A stretch of DNA of 64,000 bases from Deltaproteobacteria bacterium HGW-Deltaproteobacteria-19. GTDB lineage: Bacteria > Desulfobacterota > Syntrophia > Syntrophales > PHBD01. The translations under genes and the position numbers were made by a program. Every line of letters starts with the position of its first letter. Positions within the stretch are counted from its first letter, which is position 1. Under the pieces are notes generated by a model. That model was not told the DNA's origin and did no database searches. It saw only the letters and a list, made by a program, of their open reading frames with translations. The stretch lies in the NCBI GenBank assembly GCA_002841865.1, contig PHBD01000007.1:18726-82725 (forward strand), written 5' to 3'. This document shows positions 1 to 8,218 of this stretch, in pieces.

Positions 1-1
1 T

Positions 2-79
2 ACAAATCATGAAGAATTTGTGAATGAATTGAAAAATGTAAAAGACAATATAAATAAGTATTTACCCCCAAATACATGA
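2..79 (+). CDS. 3' end of an unidentified ORF entering from the left window edge (partial)
   Basis: Frame 2 is open from the edge and reads TNHEEFVNELKNVKDNINKYLPPNT, then TGA at 77-79. It is AT-rich like its neighbours and too short to identify. Confidence 0.2.
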   Translation, partial: TNHEEFVNELKNVKDNINKYLPPNT

Positions 80-331
80 ATTAAGGGATGTGTCCCCATT
101 CTGTCCCCACTTTATTTTCTATCCGTAATTAACACGTAATATTAATAGGTTAAAAATCGCCTTATGCTTTCAATTCCCATGCACTTCCGCCATTTTATTC
201 ACAATATCCGCGAATTCGCGAAGGTTCAACTTTAACCGGTCTTTAACCTGATCTCTTTCCCACGATTGACGGTTTTCGTGCCCCATACCGGATTTGAATC
301 CCGGGTTTTGAAGAGGCGAGACACACATGCT

Positions 332-1093
332 TCAGAATTTGCCTTTGAATAACATGAACAATATCCAGATAATCAGGAGAGCACCAAGGCCCCAAATGAA
401 AAATCCTATTCCCCCCATCGGGTGTAAAATCATCGCTCGATAGTAATGTTTCTTGCACCAAGCACCCGTGAAGGGAACAGCCCCGGGAAAATGCAGTAAA
501 TGGCCGGGTTCTCCGCAAACATCGCATAAACCGCAGAATCCCCGCGGCACGCCTTGCTTTTCGAGAGTTACCGGACTTTTGTTCCACAGGTCACAATAGC
601 AGGGACCGTAAGGCCAGCCTTTCGCTTTGTACCGCACAATCAAGACTTGTCCATTAAAGAGATTTCGTCCGCACTCTTCCTCGATGATTCTCTGAACGTC
701 CTCTTCCGATCCCCCACCAGTGCCAGCACCAATCAGTGGCATTGCCAGAGATTGGAAGCCATGCTTCGTTGCCGCATCAAGGGCTGACGCGATAGACTTT
801 CGCACGGATGTTTCTGAGGAACACCAGCGGTGGTTAATTCCTGCAACGTGAATAATGGCCTTGTATGGAAGTTTGCCGGCAGAAGTAACCGCCGCTCCTC
901 CCAGAGGCAACACACCATAGCGGCGAAGCTCTCGAAAGGGTGCCAATCCGGCTTTACGCTTGATGGCTCCGGAAACGCCTTGTGGGAGAAGGAGCCACCA
1001 GGGGATGAGATTCCGGTTCCACGGATTGACGATGGCATCAACCTTCTGATCGAGTAAATCACCGTCAACGACCATTAGATTATCTTTATTCAT
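332..1093 (-). CDS. Macro-domain (ADP-ribose binding/hydrolase-like) protein fused to a Cys-rich segment and a C-terminal transmembrane helix
   Basis: 253-aa ORF. Macro motifs are AIVNPWNRNL...GVSGAIKRKAG and MPLIGAGTGGGS. The C-terminal part has CYC...CGLCDVC...WC cysteines followed by the hydrophobic GGIGFFIWGLGALLIIWILFMLF. The gene is AT-rich. Confidence 0.75.
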   Translation of the reverse strand: MNKDNLMVVDGDLLDQKVDAIVNPWNRNLIPWWLLLPQGVSGAIKRKAGLAPFRELRRYGVLPLGGAAVTSAGKLPYKAIIHVAGINHRWCSSETSVRKSIASALDAATKHGFQSLAMPLIGAGTGGGSEEDVQRIIEEECGRNLFNGQVLIVRYKAKGWPYGPCYCDLWNKSPVTLEKQGVPRGFCGLCDVCGEPGHLLHFPGAVPFTGAWCKKHYYRAMILHPMGGIGFFIWGLGALLIIWILFMLFKGKF

Positions 1094-1469
1094 AAGTGAT
1101 AACCTACCGTTAGCCTGACATGCTTCCTGGAAACAATTCAGTCTGGTGAGGGGAGGAAAAGTCGCTGATAAGACAAATAAATCCGGCAGATATTATGGGA
1201 AACCCTTCTATTGTCAATAGAAATACCCGGTTCGTCCTGGCGCAGTTGCCAAAGTGGTTTGAGGATTACGACGAGTGTCATCCCCACAAGGGCCCGGAGA
1301 TAACGTCTCCCGTGAATATCGGTGCCTTGCGGCTGAGTTGGGGGCATGTCCTGTAAATCAGGGGCAAATCCAGACATTGGCCGCGTTGACTTCAATAAAA
1401 CTGCCACAACCGAGAAAGACACATTGGAGGCAGATGTATTCGTGGCTGCAATTCTTCGATGTCACATCT

Positions 1470-1886
1470 CTATTTTTTTGGTTCTTTAACGATCATATTC
1501 AACAGTTTACAGGAGTCGAACACGAGTTCTCCAGCGGGCGCCAGTTGCAGGCGACCAATCTGCATTGCTTCTTGCTCTTGCCCCGCTTTGTAAGCAGCCA
1601 GACCGGATGCATGATCTTTAAAGTAAATTTTAATTGGATACTTTGCTTCCTTACTTTTAAACTCAAGAACTTTGTTTTTCTCGTCGTAATTATAGGTAAA
1701 TTTTTTCTTCTCAAGCGCTTTCATAACTTTATTCAAGGTAAGCCCTGTATCGTTGTATTGCTTGGAGTCCGGATCTCCAGAGCAGTACAATTTCGGTGAA
1801 GAATCAAAACAGCCCGTCAGCACGGCCAGAAAAAAAACAACACCTATTGTTGCCCAAACAAATCCTGATTTTCTACTCATTATCAT
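1470..1886 (-). CDS. Hypothetical lipoprotein
   Basis: The ORF-track ORF is 1470..1919. The start at 1886 (MIMSRKSG...) is preferred because GGAGGAA lies about 6 nt upstream. Signal peptide with lipobox AVLTGC. No recognisable family. Confidence 0.6.
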   Translation of the reverse strand: MIMSRKSGFVWATIGVVFFLAVLTGCFDSSPKLYCSGDPDSKQYNDTGLTLNKVMKALEKKKFTYNYDEKNKVLEFKSKEAKYPIKIYFKDHASGLAAYKAGQEQEAMQIGRLQLAPAGELVFDSCKLLNMIVKEPKK

Positions 1887-2144
1887 AAAAATTCCTCCAT
1901 TATGTTGACGATAAGGCATTACTTTTTAGAATTGGAAGTATATTAAGAAGGATTTTTTGTGTCAATTAAATTTCGGTCAAAATATTGGTTGCGATAGAAT
2001 AAAGGTGATCTTTACGAATTGAATTCTTGAAGATTTAGAGAAAGTCCGGCTTGTTTCTTTCAGGGAGAAGCTTTTTCTTTGACACGATCTATTACGTAAA
2101 GTGCCGTCTTGGGCAGAGGGTAAATACTCGACGGTAGTCAGGCG

Positions 2145-2603
2145 TTATTGCCAGCCGCCCTCGCAACTGCCGCACATCCTATCACAGATAGACTTCTTAT
2201 CCTGAAATGCGCTGTCCGGCACGATGATATTATTTCCGCAGCGCCAGTTATATCCCTTCACACCCGTCCAAGTGTACCCCGGAAGTGGCGAATATATGAT
2301 ATCGCAAGTGATTTCGAAGGGGGGAGTACCTCCCGCGGGACGGCATGAGATCGTACTCGGACCATCACTCGTGGAGTTATAGTCTACGGTGCAATCGGCT
2401 GTTTGATTGGGTATTGCTTCACATCGGTACGTTTCCGCATGAGAAAACAGCCATGATCCTGCGATGAAGCCGGTGATGAGAATTGAAATGAAGAGTTTCC
2501 GTGGCATCCCTAAGAGAGCCGGCAACTCGGCTTTGTCACTCTCTTTAACCGTTCCGCTCTGCTTCAGCCTCTCTTCAATCTTGTCAAGATGAGCTTGAAT
2601 CAT
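2145..2603 (-). CDS. Hypothetical membrane-anchored/exported cysteine-rich protein
   Basis: 152-aa ORF with AAGGTGGA upstream of the ATG at 2603. A hydrophobic stretch LFISILITGFIAGSWLF is followed by a ~95-aa region with about 10 Cys (CEA..DC..SC..TC..RC..IC..MCGSC). No family recognised. Confidence 0.55.
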   Translation of the reverse strand: MIQAHLDKIEERLKQSGTVKESDKAELPALLGMPRKLFISILITGFIAGSWLFSHAETYRCEAIPNQTADCTVDYNSTSDGPSTISCRPAGGTPPFEITCDIIYSPLPGYTWTGVKGYNWRCGNNIIVPDSAFQDKKSICDRMCGSCEGGWQ

Positions 2604-2956
2604 TTCTTTCCACCTTTATTCGCCTTCACTCCAAGTGTGCCCCGAAGCCCTCCGCCTCGGAGGTTCAAACATACGATGGGCATCCTTGTGTGTCAATGAG
2701 AAATCATTTATAAGTATATATCATTATAGGAGTTTGGGAACTTCGGTCTAACAAGGATAATCCTCTCCTCCTTCGCCGACCTACTGACCGGTTTGGGGGC
2801 AGATTTAAATCTTCCCCTTCTTATTTCGGGCGGTTTTAAACAGCCGGCCTTATTGATGTTTTGAGCATATCGCTGAAACAGCAATTGACAGGCGTTCATT
2901 TGTTTTACACAGTAAACTTGTAATGAAAGGCAAATCCACATGAGGGAGGGATAAAA

Positions 2957-3688
2957 ATGAAAAAGATCCTATGTGTTTTGGTCCTTTTCGGGGCAATAGG
3001 CTTTGCCTCCCCGGCCGAGGCCGGTATCCTTGACGATATCCTGAACAGGCTTCCCGAGGGGAAAAGCGGTGTATCTCAGACCGGTCCGGATCAGAAGACC
3101 ACCGTTTCCGGCTTGAAGGAGGCCCTTGCCATCGGCACGGAGAAGGCCGTGAAAGCCTTGTCCAAAAAGGACGGCTATTTCGGCGACGAAATGGTGAAGA
3201 TTCTTCTTCCCGAAAAGATCCGGAAGGCTGCCGATATGGTTGCCAAGCTCGGCTTTCAGAAACAGGTGGACCGTTTTACCCTCAGCATGAACCGTGCAGC
3301 CGAGGCGGCGGCGCCCAAGGCCACCGATCTTTTTGTGGACGCCATCAAGGCCATGTCGTTCGACGATGCCCGGAAGATTCTCCAGGGAGGCGACACGGCG
3401 GCAACGGACTTTTTCAAGGCCAAGACGTCGGACAAGCTCTACGGCGAGTTCAGGCCGGTGGTGGCCGCCAACATGAACAAAGTCGGAGTGACAAAGGCCT
3501 ACAAAGACATGATGGCTCCCTATGAAGCCCTCCCGCTTGTACCCAGGGAGTCGATCGATCTGGATCACTATGTGACCAACAAAGCCCTGGACGGCCTTTT
3601 TCTCATGATCGCGGGGGAAGAGAAGAAGATCCGGAACGATCCAGCCGCCCGGGTGACGGACATCCTGAAGACCGTCTTCGGGAAATAG
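2957..3688 (+). CDS. DUF4197-family exported protein
   Basis: GGGAGGG RBS and a signal peptide ending ASPAEA. Family-typical strings are [50 protein letters not shown] and [19 protein letters not shown]. Confidence 0.75.
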   Translation: MKKILCVLVLFGAIGFASPAEAGILDDILNRLPEGKSGVSQTGPDQKTTVSGLKEALAIGTEKAVKALSKKDGYFGDEMVKILLPEKIRKAADMVAKLGFQKQVDRFTLSMNRAAEAAAPKATDLFVDAIKAMSFDDARKILQGGDTAATDFFKAKTSDKLYGEFRPVVAANMNKVGVTKAYKDMMAPYEALPLVPRESIDLDHYVTNKALDGLFLMIAGEEKKIRNDPAARVTDILKTVFGK

Positions 3689-3777
3689 CAGCGTGCCCGA
3701 TGGAAGCTTCTCCATGTCCCTGAGGGCCGGCGCTTTTTGATAAAATTCCGGAGCAGAACATATTCACTGGAAGGCAC

Positions 3778-5385
3778 ATGATGAGAAAGGCGATCTTTGA
3801 GGTTGTCGGTCTGTATGTCCTGATTGCCGGGGCATGGGTCCTGCTTTCCGACCAGGCGCTGCTCTGGCTGGTGAAAGATCCCGATCTCTGCCTGTGGATG
3901 CAGACTTACAAGGGGTGGGGCTTCGTCCTTGTCACGGCCGTCCTTCTCTATCTGGTTTTGTTTGACCGCTTGAAGATGCTGGAACAGGCTCATGATGCCG
4001 GCAATCTAATCACGGAGCGCCTGCAGCACTATCTGTCCGCCAGTCCCGTCATCAGTTACGCCCTCCGAATCGAGAACAATCAGGCCTCGCCGATCTGGGT
4101 GAGTGAAAACATCACGGGGATACTGGGATATACCACGGAGGAGCTGCTGCAGCCGAGCTGGTGGGACGATCACCTCCATCCCGATGACCGGGAAGAGGCT
4201 CAGGCCAAGGTCTGGTCGTCATTCTTTGAAACGGGCACCCTGGATCACAAGTATCGCTTCCTCTGCAAGGATGGAACGGTGATCTGGATCCAGGATCAGA
4301 TCCGGCTTGTCCGCGATGAAGGCGGAACGCCCCGGGAAGCGATCGGGGTGTGGACAAACATCACCGAACTGAAGCAGACGGAAGAGAAGTTAAGGAAAAG
4401 GGAGAGTTTCATCCGGGCGGTCCTGGACAATCTTCCCATCGGCGTAGCCGTAAACTCCATCGATCCCCACGTCGTGTTCGGGTACATGAACGATCTCTTC
4501 CCCGAACTGTACCGGACGACCAAGGAGGCGCTCACAGATCCCGATGCATTCTGGAACGTCGTTTATGAAGATCCGGAGTTCAGGGAAAAGATGAAAAAGC
4601 AGGTCCTCGACGATTATGCCAGCGGAGATCCGGCACGGCTGTATTGGCCTGACGTCCCGATCACCCGCCGGGGGAGCGGGACCACCTACATCACCGCCAG
4701 GAACATCACCATACCCGGCGAAGGCCTGATGGTTTCAACGGTATGGGACGTCACCGAGCGCAAGCGGCTGGAACTGGAACGACAGGTCATCATCGATAAA
4801 CTGAGAAAGGGCCTGACAGCAACCGTGCAGGCCATTTCTGCCGTCGTCGAGGCAAAAGATCCCTACACGGCCGGTCACCAGCAGAGAGTCTCCGACCTGG
4901 CGCGGACCATCGCCTGTGAAATGGGGCTTCCGGGTGATCAAATCGAAGGAATTCGCGTGGCCGGCATTATCCATGACATCGGCAAGATCTCCGTTCCCTC
5001 GGAAATACTCAGCAAGCCATCGAAACTGTCTCTCGTTGAATTCAGGCTGATCCAGGTTCATCCCGAGGCCGGTTACGAAATTCTCAAGGACGTCGAGTTC
5101 CCCTGGCCCGTGGCCCGGGCCGTTCTCCAGCATCATGAACGGATGGACGGCTCCGGCTATCCGAGCGGATTAAAGGGCGGGGACATCCTCCTGGAGGCCC
5201 GGATCCTGGCCGTGGCGGACGTCGTGGAATCGATGGCCTCCCATCGGCCCTACCGCCCGACCCTGGGCATAGAGGCCGCATTGGAGGAGATCATGAAAAA
5301 CAAAGGAATCCTTTACGATCCTGATGTTGTGGATGCCTGCTTGAAGCTTTTTCGGGAGAAGGAATATCAGCTTCCTTCTGAATAA
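3778..5385 (+). CDS. Membrane-anchored PAS/PAS HD-GYP protein (probable c-di-GMP phosphodiesterase)
   Basis: Two N-terminal TM helices. Two PAS-PAC modules end at TNITELKQTEE and WDVTERKRLE. HD-GYP core: IIHDIGK ... HHERMDGSGYP. Confidence 0.85.
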   Translation: MMRKAIFEVVGLYVLIAGAWVLLSDQALLWLVKDPDLCLWMQTYKGWGFVLVTAVLLYLVLFDRLKMLEQAHDAGNLITERLQHYLSASPVISYALRIENNQASPIWVSENITGILGYTTEELLQPSWWDDHLHPDDREEAQAKVWSSFFETGTLDHKYRFLCKDGTVIWIQDQIRLVRDEGGTPREAIGVWTNITELKQTEEKLRKRESFIRAVLDNLPIGVAVNSIDPHVVFGYMNDLFPELYRTTKEALTDPDAFWNVVYEDPEFREKMKKQVLDDYASGDPARLYWPDVPITRRGSGTTYITARNITIPGEGLMVSTVWDVTERKRLELERQVIIDKLRKGLTATVQAISAVVEAKDPYTAGHQQRVSDLARTIACEMGLPGDQIEGIRVAGIIHDIGKISVPSEILSKPSKLSLVEFRLIQVHPEAGYEILKDVEFPWPVARAVLQHHERMDGSGYPSGLKGGDILLEARILAVADVVESMASHRPYRPTLGIEAALEEIMKNKGILYDPDVVDACLKLFREKEYQLPSE

Positions 5386-5479
5386 CCATCATAACCATGA
5401 TGTGATGGGAAACGTATTCGACCATAACAAAAGCTGGTCTCGCCGATCGTTTCAATAACAGATAACAAGGAGTCTTCAA

Positions 5480-5767
5480 ATGGCTGCATATGTCGTTGTC
5501 CAGGTGGAAGTGACGGATTGGGATAGATTCAGGGAATACTTGAAGGAAACTCCCATTGTGAGCGCCCGGTATGGCGGGAAATATATCGCTCGGGGCGGTG
5601 AATCCGTCGTGCTCGAGGGGGAGGAACCATTGAGAAGAGTGGTGATCATCGAGTTCCCTTCTCTGCAGAAAGCGAAGGAATGGTATCATTCTAAAGAATA
5701 TCAGCAGACAAAAAAGCTGCGTGAGGGCGCGGCAAAGGGCTTGCTGATCGCCATTGAGGGATGTTGA
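5480..5767 (+). CDS. DUF1330 domain protein
   Basis: 95 aa. AAYVVVQVEVTDWDRFREY...IIEFPSLQKAKEWYHSKEYQ is typical of DUF1330. AAGGAG RBS. Confidence 0.7.
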   Translation: MAAYVVVQVEVTDWDRFREYLKETPIVSARYGGKYIARGGESVVLEGEEPLRRVVIIEFPSLQKAKEWYHSKEYQQTKKLREGAAKGLLIAIEGC

Positions 5768-5801
5768 ATCAATCGATGAATACGAATCAGGTGACACAAA
5801 G

Positions 5802-6257
5802 ATGAGCACACGAAAAGAAATGGCCTCAACCAGACTCCAGAATACGTACAACTGTGCGCAGTCCGTACTCTCTTCCTTCCGGGACGAAACCGGCCTGGAC
5901 GACGACCTTGCACTGAAGATCGCCACCGGCCTCGGCGCGGGAATGGGAAGGACGGGGGAAGTGTGCGGCGCGGTGACCGGCGGCATCCTCGTCCTGGGTC
6001 TGCGCCATGGCCGTGGCACGACGGAGGGTCGCCCGTCGACGGAATACACCTATCTCAAGACCGTGGAACTGATGGACCGCTTCACGGCCCGTCATGGAAG
6101 CTGCCTCTGCCGCGACCTTCTCCGGGGCTACGATCTGAAAACCGAGGAAGGCTGTCAGCGCGCCAAGGCTGAAGACACCATGGGCAGGATCTGCAGGCCC
6201 TGCGTGCACAGCGTCATCGAGATCCTGGAAGAGATGAAATCGGCAGATCCCGCTTGA
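5802..6257 (+). CDS. C_GCAxxG_C_C family (putative redox-active) protein
   Basis: Internal ATG at 5802 of ORF 5754..6257. Motifs: YNCAQSVL, GEVCGAVTGG and SCLCRDL...CRPCV. Confidence 0.7.
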   Translation: MSTRKEMASTRLQNTYNCAQSVLSSFRDETGLDDDLALKIATGLGAGMGRTGEVCGAVTGGILVLGLRHGRGTTEGRPSTEYTYLKTVELMDRFTARHGSCLCRDLLRGYDLKTEEGCQRAKAEDTMGRICRPCVHSVIEILEEMKSADPA

Positions 6258-6303
6258 TCCGGCGGTGACGGCGAGAGAGATTGAAAGACGCTGTTTTCGC
6301 CCC

Positions 6304-7437
6304 TCACAGCCCCATCGCCTCCGCCACCTTGTCCCGGTGAAACGCTCCGTTCCCGAACATCACGTCTCCGCCCAGGGCGCGGCGGTGGTAGCGGTGCATC
6401 TCGTGCTCCATCGTGAAGCCGATGGCGCCGAAAATCTGGTGCCCCAGCAATGTTACGCGGCGATACGTCTCGCCCGTCCTTGCCTTGGCCATGGCAGTCT
6501 CCTGCACCGCCGGGGCGCCGCCGTCGATTTCCAGGGCGGCCTTGCGGTACAGGTAACGGGACCCGTGAATGTCCGTCCACATGTCGGCAAAATGGTGCTG
6601 CACCGCCTGGAAGCTGCCGATGGGGCGGCCGAACTGGACCCGCTCCTTTGCATAGGCCAGGGCCATGTTCAGGACGGCCCTCGCCCCGCCGATCATCTCG
6701 GCGCACTTCGCCACGGCCGCCTTCCGCAACACATCCTCGACCACGAAGGCGCCTTTGTTCAGGCCGCCGACGATCTGCTCGGATCGAACGGGCACCTGAT
6801 AGAATTTGACCTCATACTGCCGGTCGCCCGTTGCCGCCTTCATGTCCCTGGTCCGGAGGCCCCGCGTCCGGCCGTCGATCAGGTACACGGTGATCCCGTC
6901 CGCTTCCTTCGTTTCCTTCACCGTCCGCGCCGCACAGAGAAAGTGATCCGCGAGACGGGCATCCGTGACGAACCGCTTCGCCCCGTTGATCCGCCAGGCC
7001 TCGCCGAACGGAACGGCACGGACGCGGATGCCGCCGCCGTCCCGGCCGCCTTCATTTTCCGTCAGGGCGAAGGTCATGATCCGGTCTCCCGCCGCGATGG
7101 CGGGAAGGCACTGCCGCTTCTGCTCCTCCGTGCCGAAGGCCAGGACCGGCAGGCCGCCCAGGACGACGGTGGAAAAGTACGGACCCGGGCAGGCCCGGTA
7201 CCCCATCTCCTCCAGGAGGACCGTGAGGTCGGCAAAGCTGCCGCCGCTGCCGCCATACTCCTCGGGGAACGGCAGCCCGAGCCATCCGAGGGAGGCCATT
7301 TTTTGCCAGAGGTCAAGGTCATGCCCGGCCTCGCTCTCTTCCATCCGCTTCAGCACTTCCCGGGAAAGCGATTTCGCCAGAAAGTCGCAAGCCGTCTTCT
7401 GCAGAAGGGCCTGCTCCTCCGTCAGTGAAAAATCCAT
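6304..7437 (-). CDS. Acyl-CoA dehydrogenase family protein (possibly non-catalytic subunit)
   Basis: 377 aa with an ACAD fold throughout (MDFSLTEEQ..., GSFQAVQHHFADM). The C-terminus reads FGNGAFHRDKVAE. I could not place a catalytic Glu; see findings. Confidence 0.8.
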   Translation of the reverse strand: MDFSLTEEQALLQKTACDFLAKSLSREVLKRMEESEAGHDLDLWQKMASLGWLGLPFPEEYGGSGGSFADLTVLLEEMGYRACPGPYFSTVVLGGLPVLAFGTEEQKRQCLPAIAAGDRIMTFALTENEGGRDGGGIRVRAVPFGEAWRINGAKRFVTDARLADHFLCAARTVKETKEADGITVYLIDGRTRGLRTRDMKAATGDRQYEVKFYQVPVRSEQIVGGLNKGAFVVEDVLRKAAVAKCAEMIGGARAVLNMALAYAKERVQFGRPIGSFQAVQHHFADMWTDIHGSRYLYRKAALEIDGGAPAVQETAMAKARTGETYRRVTLLGHQIFGAIGFTMEHEMHRYHRRALGGDVMFGNGAFHRDKVAEAMGL

Positions 7438-7440
7438 GGA

Positions 7441-8214
7441 TCATCCTCCTTGTTCCGACGCCGTTTCCTTCTTCCGTTTCCGGGCCTTTTTCACGGCCAT
7501 TTCGATGAAAGCGTTGCTCATGGCGGCGAACTCCTCCATGCTGATGTCCACGAGCGGCCTGTCCAGAACGCTCTGCGTCGCCTCCGCAATGGAGCCGTCC
7601 CGGACAACCTCCCGCCCCGCCTGCCGGCAGGCGTCGAAGAACCACTGGTAATTCGGCAGCAGGGCGGGAACGGAGAACATCTCGCCCATCCCCTTGAGGA
7701 TCATCCCGCCGATGGTCACCTGCGTTCCCCCGCCGATCGCCCGGGCAAACCGCCGGAAGAGGTCTTCCAGGGGGGCGAAGTGCTCCCGCTCCGGGAAGCC
7801 GGCGTTGGAGATCACGACCCAGGTCCACTTTTTTTCCGGCCAGCGGGCGGGATGAACGACGACCCCGTCCTTCACCTCCAGGTCGAGGCTGCCGAAAACG
7901 ATCATCCGGTCCAGGAGCGCCTTGAGCAGGGCACTGACGGTGAAGACGTAAAGAGGGGAAGCAAAGACAAGGACCTCGGCTTCCAGCATCTTTTCCGTGA
8001 CCCGGGCCATGTCGTCCTTCAGGACGCACCGGCCGGGCGTGAGCATGTGGCAGGCGTAGCAGCCCTGGCATTCCTGGATCCGGAGTTCCTTCAGATAGAG
8101 AGTCTCCGTGGCGGCGCCCGCTTCGGCGGCGCCCTCCAGGAACGGCTGCAGGATCTTGTCGGTGTTTCCCCGCCTGGCCCGCGGGCTGCCGTTCATGGCC
8201 AGCACCTTCGTCAT
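7441..8214 (-). CDS. Iron-sulfur flavoprotein-like NADPH-dependent FMN reductase/flavodoxin-fold protein
   Basis: 257 aa. N-terminus KVLAMNGSPR..GNT is FMN-reductase-like. It carries a compact Cys motif C49-x2-C52-x2-C55-x7-C63 (ECQGCYACHMLTPGRC). Tightly packed between two ACAD genes. Confidence 0.7.
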   Translation of the reverse strand: MTKVLAMNGSPRARRGNTDKILQPFLEGAAEAGAATETLYLKELRIQECQGCYACHMLTPGRCVLKDDMARVTEKMLEAEVLVFASPLYVFTVSALLKALLDRMIVFGSLDLEVKDGVVVHPARWPEKKWTWVVISNAGFPEREHFAPLEDLFRRFARAIGGGTQVTIGGMILKGMGEMFSVPALLPNYQWFFDACRQAGREVVRDGSIAEATQSVLDRPLVDISMEEFAAMSNAFIEMAVKKARKRKKETASEQGG

Positions 8215-8218
8215 CGGT

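Noticed and set aside
332-1470. DarT/DarG-type toxin-antitoxin interpretation of the macro-domain gene
   Set aside because: There is no DarT-like (ADP-ribosyltransferase) ORF upstream or downstream. The C-terminus is a Cys-rich/TM region rather than the DarG antitoxin domain.
1138-1799. ORFs 1138..1422 (-) 94 aa and 1275..1799 (+) 174 aa
   Set aside because: The minus ORF starts at a GTG with no SD (the upstream CCTCC has the wrong polarity). The plus ORF overlaps the lipoprotein gene antisense. Neither resembles a known protein.
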